Source: Escherichia phage vB_EcoM_CRJP21. From it: DNA of 64,000 nt. How positions within the stretch are numbered: position 1 is the first letter of the stretch; each line of letters begins with the position of its first letter. This document shows, piece by piece, positions 1 to 9,300 of the stretch. The position numbers and the translations under genes were made by a program. The notes under the pieces were generated by a model that had not been told where the DNA came from, searched no databases, and saw only the letters and a list, made by a program, of their open reading frames with translations. Location: sequence record OQ708376.1. One strand, 5' to 3'.

Positions 1-3
1 ATA

Positions 4-267
4 ATGGCACTTCGTATCTATGAGTGCCGATCCAATAGATACAATTTTTACCAGTACAGATTTGATAAAGAAGAATTTGATAGCATCAAAATGCTAAAGA
101 ATTTATGTAACAATAAAAAGAATATGCATATATCAGAATTTGTTGCTTTGTATTTTTATTTAAAAAGTTCATTGTATATGAACACGATGCAAAGATTCGA
201 TACTAGAATTAATGTATTCACCGATAAAGAATTTTATATATACGATAAATTCTTAGATAAGGTTTAA
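4..267 (+). CDS. hypothetical protein (87 aa)
   Basis: ATG ORF in track, AT-rich codon usage, same strand as downstream gene run. Confidence 0.4.
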   Translation: MALRIYECRSNRYNFYQYRFDKEEFDSIKMLKNLCNNKKNMHISEFVALYFYLKSSLYMNTMQRFDTRINVFTDKEFYIYDKFLDKV

Positions 268-268
268 T

Positions 269-766
269 ATGACAACTGTTTATATTGATAAACGATTAAA
301 TTTATTGATTACCGATTCTAGAGTTACGTCAACTATACCACGAAACTTATTTGGTTTTTTCCCACTAAGACCAAAATATCAATATGGAGTTGTTAATCAA
401 AAAACTTTATATGTACATGACCGTTTATTCAGTGCTAGTGGGTCAGTAAGTGAAATTGATAAAGTACTGGATTGGTTAATTAATAAAGTACCAGTTATAC
501 CTGACAGAAAGTTAAGTTGCCATTGTGTGCTTCTTTCTAAAGATTATGTTATTCATATGATTTTAACTAAAGGAAAGTTTATTAAAAAACTTGAATATCT
601 ACATGAAGACTACACTTTCTTTATGGGAAGTGGTGGAGAATACATGGTAGATGCTGCTATTCATGAAGAACATACAACTTTATATGATAAAGTGTTTAGT
701 ACTTTCATGGATGTGCATAACCATGATTGCTTCACAGATGATAATATTAATGTATATCGATTTTGA
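269..766 (+). CDS. hypothetical protein (165 aa)
   Basis: ORF starts 1 nt after upstream stop (TAA-T-ATG); same-strand operon-like packing. Confidence 0.5.
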   Translation: MTTVYIDKRLNLLITDSRVTSTIPRNLFGFFPLRPKYQYGVVNQKTLYVHDRLFSASGSVSEIDKVLDWLINKVPVIPDRKLSCHCVLLSKDYVIHMILTKGKFIKKLEYLHEDYTFFMGSGGEYMVDAAIHEEHTTLYDKVFSTFMDVHNHDCFTDDNINVYRF

Positions 767-787
767 TTTCGTCATTAGGAGATGTAA

Positions 788-1753
788 GTGAAAAAGCTTG
801 ATTTAAATACAATTGCCGAAGAAGTTCTGGATGAATGTTTTTCTAATGAAGAAGTCAACACACTAGAAGCCTTAGATTTCGTTGAAGATAAAGATGAAAA
901 TGAAGGTAAAGTACAAAGCAGTTTCAAATATAATATTACACTTAAGCGACCACCAAATGTTTCCAATGAAGATCTAATTCGTGATATTCAAGCTGGTATC
1001 AATGTAAAGAAAAACACTGAACTGTTAGTTCGTTACAATTATGGACTTATTATTGATGTAGCAAGTAAATGTACTTGTTATATCCCATTTGAAGATAAGA
1101 TTTCATATGGTGTTGAGGGGTTCATGAGAGCACTAAAAACCTTTGATCTTAATAAGAATGTGAAGTTCATTACCTATGCTTCTTCTAGTATTTACATGAC
1201 AGTTTATAACGAAAGTTCTGACGCTAACTATATGGTACACTTCCCACGTTATATGAGTGTTCATAAGATCAAAGTAAAAAGATTCTGTCAGGAATATATG
1301 CGTAAACATGGTGTTCGCCCAACTCCTGAAATAATCTCAGAGGGTACTGGGATTGAGATTCAGCATGTTAATAACTGTTTGTTATTTCAAAGCGAATACA
1401 CTTCTCTGGATGCACCATTAGACGGTGTTACCGATGGTACACTAGGTGACATTATTCATTCACCTGCTTCTGATTTTAACCTCAATGTTGATAGTATTCG
1501 TGCACCTTTACGTTATGCTATCAATGAACTGACTAACGAATTGAGTACTAAAGAACGTGAGATTATCCAGCGTGTTCATGGTCTAGGTGAATATGAACCT
1601 GAAACGCTTCGTGAGATTGCTGATAATGGTTTTGTTGATGATAATGGAAAATATGTTAAATCCCGTTCATCAATACACCGAAAGTACAGTGAAGCTATGC
1701 AAAAGCTTAAGAAGTTAGTACTTGCAAAAGGGTACGAATACGAAGATTTCTAA
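788..1753 (+). CDS. sigma-70 family RNA polymerase sigma factor (regions 2, 3 and 4 recognisable)
   Basis: GTG start 7 nt after AGGAG; region 2-like YGVEGFMRALKTFDLNKNVKFITYA, region 3-like KHGVRPTPEIISEGTGIE, region 4-like LSTKEREIIQRVHGLGEYEPETLREIA; motif-level match from memory, no search run. Confidence 0.65.
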   Translation: MKKLDLNTIAEEVLDECFSNEEVNTLEALDFVEDKDENEGKVQSSFKYNITLKRPPNVSNEDLIRDIQAGINVKKNTELLVRYNYGLIIDVASKCTCYIPFEDKISYGVEGFMRALKTFDLNKNVKFITYASSSIYMTVYNESSDANYMVHFPRYMSVHKIKVKRFCQEYMRKHGVRPTPEIISEGTGIEIQHVNNCLLFQSEYTSLDAPLDGVTDGTLGDIIHSPASDFNLNVDSIRAPLRYAINELTNELSTKEREIIQRVHGLGEYEPETLREIADNGFVDDNGKYVKSRSSIHRKYSEAMQKLKKLVLAKGYEYEDF

Positions 1754-1760
1754 AGAACAA

Positions 1761-1788
1761 GGGTTGGCTTATGCCAACCTTTTTTTTA
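1761..1788 (+). terminator. intrinsic terminator (GGGTTGGC-TTAT-GCCAACC + T8)
   Basis: GC stem-loop followed by T-run directly after sigma gene stop. Confidence 0.7.
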
Positions 1789-2404
1789 TGGGATGAAGTA
1801 AAAGTTTGTGATATAATTATCTTGTACAATTCTGTTGGCATGATATTCATGTACCTGATCCACTCGAAAACGTAGAGGGCAGTTGAGCAGTCCGACAGTG
1901 CGAACAGCAAAAGAAACCCGTTAGATGTGGGCATAGTTTGAACCCCTCACGGCAATGCGGCTGTATAAAGAACCACGTTAGGATAGCTGGTGGTTCCTTG
2001 ATAGACATATAAGGATAACACCTTACGAATTATCTAAGGGAGAGTTATCGAATTTTGTACAGGAAAGTTGCGTCCAAAATTTGAGTACTCACATTAAGTA
2101 TTTGATTGCATAGATACTTAATGAAGATACACTATGTTTAAAAGTGTAGACCGTCATATGAAACTGAAGTAGAGAGAAACAGGATGACCCGCTTTCGCAC
2201 TCGTTATGAGTAATCTTCAATGCAATAGCTCTGATACCATCAGCGTCAAATTTCCCTCCTTGTGGGGGGAAGAAAAATCCCTTCCTCAAATCCCGTCAAT
2301 ATTAAAAGTCCTTGACAGTTATTAATCATTCGCGTAGAATACGTAGTATTAGAAGCGAACAGACATCTCGAAGAGATGGATGATTAACCATTAAGGAATA
2401 TCAA

Positions 2405-2614
2405 ATGAATTCAGTAATCTTTTTAGTAGTCGCTTTCTCTGTTAATTCCGGTGTACAAATAACCCCAATGAATTCCATGAATCAATGCATAGCAGTACGT
2501 GATAGTACATACGAACAAGTAAACAAAGATATTTGGATTACAGTTAGTAAAGAACAAATGTGGTGTTACAATAGTAATACTAACACAAAGCTTATTGTAG
2601 GACAAACTCAATGA
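2405..2614 (+). CDS. hypothetical small protein with N-terminal hydrophobic segment
   Basis: ORF after AGGAAT RBS-like; downstream of TTGACA-N17-TAGAAT promoter at about 2322-2350. Confidence 0.45.
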   Translation: MNSVIFLVVAFSVNSGVQITPMNSMNQCIAVRDSTYEQVNKDIWITVSKEQMWCYNSNTNTKLIVGQTQ

Positions 2615-2841
2615 GTTATGGCGTTCGTTTTGAGATTCGTTCTATTGTCATCAATGCAGAGAAACAAGTATCGTTGGATGGTGATATACGTGAAATTTAT
2701 CTATCATGTATCCGTGCGAAATCTGAAGCAGATGCCTTAGTACAAATGTATAGTTTTAACTTTTCAAATGGATTCTATTTGGTACGAGTTATTGAAGTGA
2801 AAAAAGTACTTATTGGTTGTAGCATAGAAGGATTAATGTAA
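2611..2841 (+). CDS. hypothetical protein (76 aa)
   Basis: ATGA start/stop overlap with upstream ORF. Confidence 0.45.
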   Translation: MSYGVRFEIRSIVINAEKQVSLDGDIREIYLSCIRAKSEADALVQMYSFNFSNGFYLVRVIEVKKVLIGCSIEGLM

Positions 2842-2842
2842 A

Positions 2843-3631
2843 ATGAGCACTATAGATGAACTGATTCGACGGAATTCAAAATATTACCAACCATCAGAAA
2901 TTGTAGGTAACATTACCAAATCAGAGTTTGGTCCAAATACTCGAAAACTCATTCATGTAATGTCACGTGATGGCTTTAAATGTGATTGTTGCGGTGAATC
3001 TAATGTAGTATTCACTTTACACAAGCACAGTACTAAAGATCGTTATAAATTCAGACCTTATGTACTTAAAGGGAAACGCCTTGTACGCATGACGTTAGAC
3101 CATAATGTACTGGACTGTCTTCAGGGCGGTAATGATAAAGAGAACATGACTGCACTGTGTGAAGATTGTAACGCATTACGCCAGCATAAGTTTGCTGAAT
3201 ACAGTGAGTTTAAACACTGGTATAATAACGCGGATCGTTCAATCGAGCCTGACGTTAACTACTGCTTCATTGAGTACATTAAGAATGCCAAAGATACATA
3301 CATTCTTAAATCAATGTCACCTATTACCGTGTTTCCTGAGAACCTATTCACTACATTAAAGAATAGTTTTATTGTAGGTGATATTGATGCATTCAAGTAT
3401 TTTGACAAAGGTGCAAAACATTTTGAAATTCAATGTCTTAGTACTGCACTATGTGAACTCATTAAAATTTACATAAAAGAGTATTTGGGTATTGACAATG
3501 TACGTGTACCAGAGTATACTTTTTCTATTGAATTCGATTGTGAATCAATCAAAGAGTTTGGAATTCTTTTCAATAAACAAATAGAACTTGCAATTCAAAA
3601 CGAAATCAAGTACTATACTACTAACATTTAA
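2843..3631 (+). CDS. HNH endonuclease domain protein
   Basis: HNH-like motif TLDHNVLDCLQGGNDKENMTALCEDCN plus upstream CDCCGE cysteine pair; free-standing, not inside another gene. Confidence 0.6.
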   Translation: MSTIDELIRRNSKYYQPSEIVGNITKSEFGPNTRKLIHVMSRDGFKCDCCGESNVVFTLHKHSTKDRYKFRPYVLKGKRLVRMTLDHNVLDCLQGGNDKENMTALCEDCNALRQHKFAEYSEFKHWYNNADRSIEPDVNYCFIEYIKNAKDTYILKSMSPITVFPENLFTTLKNSFIVGDIDAFKYFDKGAKHFEIQCLSTALCELIKIYIKEYLGIDNVRVPEYTFSIEFDCESIKEFGILFNKQIELAIQNEIKYYTTNI

Positions 3632-3646
3632 TCAGAGGAAATTATC

Positions 3647-3829
3647 ATGCAAATTATCATTCTTATCGTTGGCATCATGCTGGGTGTTTACGGTCACTCC
3701 TGGATGAACGAGAAGTTTCCTAATACGCGTCCTGAGTATTGCAGTTCTAATGTATTCCAGAATGGTGAGAAACCAAAGGAAAGCATTGGTAAAAAGCTGG
3801 ATAAAGTACTTGATGTGATCAATGAATAA
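3647..3829 (+). CDS. small membrane protein (60 aa)
   Basis: GAGGA RBS; N-terminal hydrophobic helix IIILIVGIMLGVY. Confidence 0.45.
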   Translation: MQIIILIVGIMLGVYGHSWMNEKFPNTRPEYCSSNVFQNGEKPKESIGKKLDKVLDVINE

Positions 3830-3839
3830 GGGCCATAAA

Positions 3840-4040
3840 ATGTTTAAACCGAATTCCAATGTTGGTAAGAAAGTTCAATTACTTGAAGATGTATCCACCA
3901 TGAGTGGAATTTTCCCAAGAGGTCACATCATGACTATTATTGCCGAAACATCCCGTGGGTGGGATTTGGAAGATGCTGATGGTAATCGCATCCTTGAGGC
4001 TGGATTCTATGGTCATCGTGAATATAAAATCGTTGATTAA
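3840..4040 (+). CDS. hypothetical protein
   Basis: ORF in track 3822-4040; ATG at 3840 has better RBS spacing (AAGGG N7 ATG). Confidence 0.45.
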   Translation: MFKPNSNVGKKVQLLEDVSTMSGIFPRGHIMTIIAETSRGWDLEDADGNRILEAGFYGHREYKIVD

Positions 4041-4136
4041 GGATACAACATGACTTTAGAGATTGTCTTTGGTATTGTTAGCTTAGTCGTCTGTGTGGGT
4101 TGGTTTGGGTATCTGATGATTTTTAGTGATTAATAC

Positions 4137-4165
4137 TTGACATAAGATATCAGTACTGTATAATG
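4137..4165 (+). promoter_or_regulatory. sigma-70-type promoter TTGACA-N17-TGTATAAT
   Basis: consensus -35 and extended -10 with AGTACTG immediately upstream of -10. Confidence 0.6.
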
Positions 4166-4209
4166 TTTATATCAAACGAAATCCACTTTAACAAATGATA
4201 GGAAATATT

Positions 4210-4488
4210 ATGTCTTTTTCTAAAGAAGAACGTGACCTTATTAAAAAAGCAATCTGGTTTTATGCTAATGAAGGGAAGTGCGATGAAGAAAAAGCACGTG
4301 AACTGTGTAATATCTTTGAGAAGAAACAAGATCTAAAAGTGTATCGTATCCGTGATTTGGATGAAGGGGATCGTATTGTCCTAGCTGAAACAAAAGAAGA
4401 AGCAGAACAAATCTTCACTGATAAAAACGAAAATCCACATTGGATGGAAGAAGTCTGTGATGTTAAAAAAGGTACTTATATCGATTGA
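4210..4488 (+). CDS. hypothetical protein (92 aa)
   Basis: ORF downstream of promoter 4137-4165; ATG at 4210 preceded by AGGAAA. Confidence 0.5.
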   Translation: MSFSKEERDLIKKAIWFYANEGKCDEEKARELCNIFEKKQDLKVYRIRDLDEGDRIVLAETKEEAEQIFTDKNENPHWMEEVCDVKKGTYID

Positions 4489-4513
4489 CAGTACTGAATA
4501 ATAGCAGTATTAT
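4485..4513 (+). promoter_or_regulatory. promoter TTGACA-N17-TATTAT
   Basis: sigma-70-like hexamers overlapping 3' end of upstream ORF. Confidence 0.5.
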
Positions 4514-4526
4514 GTTTTATATAAAA

Positions 4527-4586
4527 GGGAATGCAGTGAAAGGAAAGACAGCATAATCGTACTCGTCACTGCGTTCCCGCCCTTTT
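4527..4586 (+). other. long imperfect hairpin (13 bp arms GGGAATGCAGTGA / TCACTGCGTTCCC) followed by T-run, in 5' leader
   Basis: inverted repeat read directly; lies between promoter 4485-4513 and gene 4608. Confidence 0.5.
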
Positions 4587-4607
4587 AAATTAAATGAGGA
4601 ATTAACT

Positions 4608-4916
4608 ATGTTTCAAACTAACACTCAAGGTTTTGTAATCATCGATTTGAATCAAAACAGCGGTCATTGGATGAAACCTACTGACGCATGTATGCAGTTT
4701 GATTTCTTAGGTTACAAAATTAGTGTAAGTACTGGTGCTTCTGTACTGAGAGGTGGTTGTATCGTTGAACATCTGGTAACTGATCCAGAAGGTCGTGAGT
4801 ATGAAATCGCAGGTTCAGTACAAGATGCCATTATGTTTGTATGTCAGCGTGAAATGAATGGTTCGAATTCAAATGCACTGACTCATGCTCTTTCTCAAGA
4901 AGTGGAGGTTCGTTAA
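4608..4916 (+). CDS. hypothetical protein (102 aa)
   Basis: ORF with GAGGA RBS. Confidence 0.55.
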   Translation: MFQTNTQGFVIIDLNQNSGHWMKPTDACMQFDFLGYKISVSTGASVLRGGCIVEHLVTDPEGREYEIAGSVQDAIMFVCQREMNGSNSNALTHALSQEVEVR

Positions 4917-5161
4917 TGAAATACATTGTAGCAGTACTCGTCGCATTTCTACTCACTGCATGTGATGCTTCTACCAAAGAACGTACAAGTGATTTTGTTC
5001 TACCTGCTGAATTAAAAGAAGCAGGGTGTAAGATTTATCGTATGCAACAAGATGGTGCTGGTGCGACTTTATACACTGTGTACTGTCCTAATGCAAATAC
5101 AAGTACTGGATACACTAGCGGTAAAACACGAATCAACACTTCCGTAATTCATGGAGAATAA
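4916..5161 (+). CDS. putative lipoprotein (signal peptide with lipobox LTAC)
   Basis: N-terminus MKYIVAVLVAFLLTAC; ATGA overlap with upstream gene. Confidence 0.55.
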   Translation: MKYIVAVLVAFLLTACDASTKERTSDFVLPAELKEAGCKIYRMQQDGAGATLYTVYCPNANTSTGYTSGKTRINTSVIHGE

Positions 5162-5163
5162 CA

Positions 5164-5532
5164 ATGAGCCTTGATACAACACGTGCAGCAGATTTATTAA
5201 CTCGTCTGAATGATGAAGAATATCTTGCTGAGATAAAGTACAAGCTTGACAAACTTGTTCGAAGTGCTGAAGTAATTGAAGTTGAAGGTCACTTACCGAT
5301 GGATCAATACCATAGGTTCAAGGAAGATATGGTTTATTATCCTAATGAAATTTGGATTGAGTGGCAACATTGGACTAACAAAACTCTTCGCATTGAAGGG
5401 TATTGTGTGAAGTATGAAAGTTCACCTGGTGATGTTACAAAAACTCTATCAATTTGGTGTACAAAAACAAATGAACTCGTTGAGGTGAATTTGAATTATA
5501 TGAATGGATTCCGTTGGGGTGATGTTAAATGA
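5164..5532 (+). CDS. hypothetical protein (122 aa)
   Basis: ORF, tight packing. Confidence 0.5.
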   Translation: MSLDTTRAADLLTRLNDEEYLAEIKYKLDKLVRSAEVIEVEGHLPMDQYHRFKEDMVYYPNEIWIEWQHWTNKTLRIEGYCVKYESSPGDVTKTLSIWCTKTNELVEVNLNYMNGFRWGDVK

Positions 5533-5804
5533 TTAAAAAACTCTTGACTGGAATCATTGTGTGCAGTACAATGTTTCTTACAGCATGTAATGATGACGGC
5601 AGGTTTAGTGCAAAAGACTTAGTTCGTCAGGATTGTACATTCACAGGTAAGTCTTTTATTAACGAGTATGAAATATGTACACAATCAGGTCGTATCTGTG
5701 GTGGTTGGGAAAAACGTCAGGAGCGATTGTATGTATATGAATGCCCTGGACATCACAACAAAGTACTAAGCACACACAAACTTGTTTATGATAAGGTTGA
5801 ATAA
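5529..5804 (+). CDS. putative lipoprotein (lipobox LTAC)
   Basis: N-terminus MIKKLLTGIIVCSTMFLTAC; several Cys downstream. Confidence 0.55.
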   Translation: MIKKLLTGIIVCSTMFLTACNDDGRFSAKDLVRQDCTFTGKSFINEYEICTQSGRICGGWEKRQERLYVYECPGHHNKVLSTHKLVYDKVE

Positions 5805-6019
5805 TGACTACCAATGAAATGATGCAGGTTATTTGGGATAAAGGTTGTGATATTAAAATCACTAGTACTGATGTTCGTGTATTCAAAACTGAATATATGG
5901 AGTACTTGGACCTTGATACTTATAATAATATTGTATCAATTGAACACAAAGGTGCAGTACTGGAAACCATTGACGTAGTACTCAAGAAAGCTACCGACCT
6001 ATTAGGAGTGGCAGTGTGA
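5804..6019 (+). CDS. hypothetical protein (71 aa)
   Basis: ORF, start overlaps upstream stop. Confidence 0.45.
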   Translation: MTTNEMMQVIWDKGCDIKITSTDVRVFKTEYMEYLDLDTYNNIVSIEHKGAVLETIDVVLKKATDLLGVAV

Positions 6020-6162
6020 ATAACAAAGAGTGGGAAGATTACCGCAAGAAGTGCAGGGAGTTTGATAAAGAACTTACTGGTACAGTGAATGCAGTAATGT
6101 GGGTATCTGTAATTATTGCAGTTCTTGCGTTGGGTGCTATTATTATTAATAAATTATTCTAA
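6016..6162 (+). CDS. small protein with C-terminal transmembrane helix (48 aa, GTG start)
   Basis: GTG 7 nt after AGGAG; hydrophobic VMWVSVIIAVLALGAIII; not in ORF track (short). Confidence 0.3.
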   Translation: MNNKEWEDYRKKCREFDKELTGTVNAVMWVSVIIAVLALGAIIINKLF

Positions 6163-6172
6163 GGCGAATATC

Positions 6173-6373
6173 ATGTTTACTTTATATCTCGCAGTAGTTC
6201 TCACCAATGGTGAAATCACTCGTACTATTGGTGAAGGTGTATATAAAACACCAGACCAGTGCTACTCTGCCACTCATTGGCCTCGCGATAGTGGGGATGA
6301 AACTCGCACTGAATTCAAATGCATGAAAGTAAAAGGTGATTTTGTTAACCTTAAGGTTATCGAGGCGAAATAA
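6173..6373 (+). CDS. hypothetical protein (66 aa)
   Basis: ORF track 6116-6373; internal ATG 6173 preceded by AAGGCGAA. Confidence 0.45.
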   Translation: MFTLYLAVVLTNGEITRTIGEGVYKTPDQCYSATHWPRDSGDETRTEFKCMKVKGDFVNLKVIEAK

Positions 6374-6891
6374 TGGATATTAATGAGTTGTTGAAATTAG
6401 TGTTTAATCGTGAACGCCGCGATACAAGACCAATTGAATATCAAGATGTGATACGCATTGAAACTGATTTCTGTTATGGTAAAACAACTCATGACCTTTT
6501 GAATCTCTCTGGAAAACGCTATGCTGATGTTTGTTTTTCAGAGAGAAGTGATGGTTCAGAAATAACGAGTACTGATATTGTTTGTTACGCACGCAGTGCT
6601 GATAAATCTTATGAAATAGAACTTATATATTCCCCTAGTTCTAAAACAAATCATCACCGCCATATTTTATATGATGTTTACACACCACCTGGTATTGCTG
6701 AATATTTTGTTATTGATTATAGTACTGAAGAAAATGTGTTTCAACAAAGTTTGATTCATAACTTTGAGGTGAATGATCCATTAGTACCAAAGTTGTTCAA
6801 ACTACTTGACACCATCGATGTTGATTTTGAATTTGTTATGTGCATTAGAACTTCTTTATTCAATGAATTCATGGAACTTTTTAATATATGA
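6373..6891 (+). CDS. hypothetical protein (172 aa)
   Basis: ORF, ATGA overlap. Confidence 0.55.
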   Translation: MDINELLKLVFNRERRDTRPIEYQDVIRIETDFCYGKTTHDLLNLSGKRYADVCFSERSDGSEITSTDIVCYARSADKSYEIELIYSPSSKTNHHRHILYDVYTPPGIAEYFVIDYSTEENVFQQSLIHNFEVNDPLVPKLFKLLDTIDVDFEFVMCIRTSLFNEFMELFNI

Positions 6892-7109
6892 ATAGATACT
6901 ATGTTGTGTATGAACACGTCTCTGAATTTAATAACATACGCGGGTTTTCCAGAGTAGTCACCAAGATGGATGTATTCATTCGTGCTCTTAGTGAAGTAGA
7001 TGCACTGTTTAAATTGTTTGATGAAATTACAAAGTATAACACACCTAAAACACACCGCTATGTGGAAACTGTACATAGCATTATGCTAACTGAAAGTGAT
7101 GAGGAATGA
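6888..7109 (+). CDS. hypothetical protein (73 aa)
   Basis: ORF, ATGA overlap. Confidence 0.45.
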   Translation: MNRYYVVYEHVSEFNNIRGFSRVVTKMDVFIRALSEVDALFKLFDEITKYNTPKTHRYVETVHSIMLTESDEE

Positions 7110-7112
7110 TAA

Positions 7113-7331
7113 ATGAATTTATATCTAGTTGAAGGTTTAGTACAAGTCTATAAACCAGAAGGTGAAGGTCAACGTTTTTCACACGTAGAAGAATTTAAGT
7201 ACGTTGTACAGGCTGATGGTCAGTACGATGCGGAAATTCAAGTAGATGAATCATTCCGTAAGAAAAATGAAATTGGTAAATTTCAATACCAGAACTTACA
7301 ATATAAAGTATGGCCTAGTATAAATGACTAA
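7113..7331 (+). CDS. hypothetical protein (72 aa)
   Basis: ORF with GAGGAAT RBS. Confidence 0.5.
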   Translation: MNLYLVEGLVQVYKPEGEGQRFSHVEEFKYVVQADGQYDAEIQVDESFRKKNEIGKFQYQNLQYKVWPSIND

Positions 7332-7539
7332 GATGTGGTGGTGTCATGGTGTATATAACGTGTATGTAAATGGTAGATATAAAATGTCTAGTACCTATGC
7401 AAGACGTGTTAATGCGAACAACCAAGTTGATGCTGCTTGTGAGATCATTGAGTGGTATGCTGAGTTCAATGCACCTGACTATATGTACGAAATAGTTACA
7501 ATAAATGTTGTACAAATCGATACATCTTTGATACAATAA
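7324..7539 (+). CDS. hypothetical protein
   Basis: ORF in track; start uncertain. Confidence 0.35.
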   Translation: MTKMWWCHGVYNVYVNGRYKMSSTYARRVNANNQVDAACEIIEWYAEFNAPDYMYEIVTINVVQIDTSLIQ

Positions 7540-7571
7540 CCACATCAAAAAAATTGCATCTGAGGATACTT

Positions 7572-8234
7572 ATGTTAGTTAATCTTAATTTCATCACTTC
7601 ACCTGACTGGGCATTACGTGGAGTTTCTTTAAACTTCAAGGAAACTATGTTTGACTACATTGGTGAGTGTACATTGGTAAATGCAACTTTTGATCCAAAT
7701 CATCCGTTTTGGGCTGAAATTCATGATCCAAATGTAAACAACAATACATCTGTTATGACTATTGTCCAGACTAAACATGCAGGTATCCTTGCAGGTTATC
7801 GACCTGCACATGCAATTGAACACTTCACTGATTACGATGTCGTGGATGAATACCCAATGATCCATGAAGATGGAAGTCTATACACATCTGAAGACTTCCG
7901 TGCTATCTTTAATAGTACTGATGATATTCTACCAAGTGGACGTCCACGTCCTGAGTCTTATCTTATGCATCCATCTTATGGTGTAGCAGATACGCTTGAA
8001 CAGATTATGAATAAGTACAAGAACCTAATTGAAGGTCCAGAAGAAATTGTCCTGTGCTATCACCCAGTACTGAAGTCTGAACAACCAAAGGATGGTGGAT
8101 GGCGTTGGCATAAGAATGGTGAGTATATCGGTACTAAACGAAGTAAAGAACGTTTTGAGTACTTGTATGATGAGCCAGATGTTGATGTGGTTTTGTGTTA
8201 TAATTTTATTAAGGTGAAAAAGAAATGTATCTAG
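7572..8234 (+). CDS. hypothetical protein (220 aa)
   Basis: ORF track 7554-8234; ATG 7572 follows GAGGA. Confidence 0.55.
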   Translation: MLVNLNFITSPDWALRGVSLNFKETMFDYIGECTLVNATFDPNHPFWAEIHDPNVNNNTSVMTIVQTKHAGILAGYRPAHAIEHFTDYDVVDEYPMIHEDGSLYTSEDFRAIFNSTDDILPSGRPRPESYLMHPSYGVADTLEQIMNKYKNLIEGPEEIVLCYHPVLKSEQPKDGGWRWHKNGEYIGTKRSKERFEYLYDEPDVDVVLCYNFIKVKKKCI

Positions 8235-8467
8235 TACTAAGTTTTGTTGTTGCACTATTGTTTATGTTCTATCCTACACTAGTGGCATTAGCCACTAGAC
8301 GAACGATGGTAGATCTCACTACTGTATTCTTGCTAAACGTGGCATTAGTACTGGTGTCTATTATCATTCCAGTGAGCTTTACAGTTATTGATATTATTTC
8401 GGTATTACTCTTCGTGTTAAGTTATCTTATGCTTATTGAAGAAACAAATGTTGACAAACGTTCGTAG
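8225..8467 (+). CDS. small membrane protein (80 aa)
   Basis: two hydrophobic helices; start overlaps upstream gene. Confidence 0.45.
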   Translation: MYLVLSFVVALLFMFYPTLVALATRRTMVDLTTVFLLNVALVLVSIIIPVSFTVIDIISVLLFVLSYLMLIEETNVDKRS

Positions 8468-8479
8468 TACTGTATAATG
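8451..8479 (+). promoter_or_regulatory. promoter TTGACA-N17-TGTATAAT
   Basis: consensus hexamers, AGTACTG before -10. Confidence 0.6.
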
Positions 8480-8524
8480 GTTCCTGTAGTCTGAAACTTA
8501 ACACTTAAACTTGAGGTAAAAAAT

Positions 8525-8851
8525 ATGCTATCAGTACTAATTTCAATTCCGTCTTTAATTCTGATTTGGCTTCTGGTTTACGAATGCTTTATTACTGATG
8601 ATAATGATAAAAAAGAGTTCTCTGAGTTGTTTATGCTTGATTCACCGATTGTGCGTATTTTCTATACAGTAGTTGTGGTTTCAGTAATTGTATGGGTTTT
8701 GAGTTTTATCTTCCCACTCGGTGCAGTAGTTAAAACTTTGGATTTAGTTGAGAACTTTGTTGCAATTATGTGGCTAATCAAAGCACTATTTGCAGGAAAT
8801 GTTAAAATTTGGATTGATATTATCAAATTCAAGTTCACGAATAAGATGTAA
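8525..8851 (+). CDS. membrane protein (108 aa)
   Basis: GAGG RBS; multiple hydrophobic segments. Confidence 0.5.
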   Translation: MLSVLISIPSLILIWLLVYECFITDDNDKKEFSELFMLDSPIVRIFYTVVVVSVIVWVLSFIFPLGAVVKTLDLVENFVAIMWLIKALFAGNVKIWIDIIKFKFTNKM

Positions 8852-8929
8852 CAGTGAAAATATCTCTATAGTATTAAATACTTCTGTACATATATATAGT
8901 ACAGAAGTATTTCTCGTTAGAGGTTTGTT

Positions 8930-9289
8930 ATGAAGAGTTATATAAAATTAATAGCACTTGTGTGTGCATTATTTTCATGTTTTAGTTATGGTGCAGCAGC
9001 AGAAACATATTGTCGTAGTACTAAGGGAACGTGGCATGTATTGACTAACGACCCTAGAAATGGTAAAAATATAGTTGTTGATGGTGTGATTTATCGTTTT
9101 AAAGTAGAAAGTATTATCGGTAATAAAAAAATCTCGACTTATAGAGATGATTCTGGTACATTAGCAAACGTAATATTAATTGTAGACCCAAGAACTGGTA
9201 ATGGTGATATCTATATAGTAATTTACTTGGACTCATCGGTACGCCGTGACCTAGATATAGATAAATTGAACTTACACTGTGAAATATAG
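8930..9289 (+). CDS. secreted protein (signal peptide)
   Basis: N-terminus MKSYIKLIALVCALFSCFSYGAAAE. Confidence 0.5.
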   Translation: MKSYIKLIALVCALFSCFSYGAAAETYCRSTKGTWHVLTNDPRNGKNIVVDGVIYRFKVESIIGNKKISTYRDDSGTLANVILIVDPRTGNGDIYIVIYLDSSVRRDLDIDKLNLHCEI

Positions 9290-9300
9290 GACTTAAAAAA

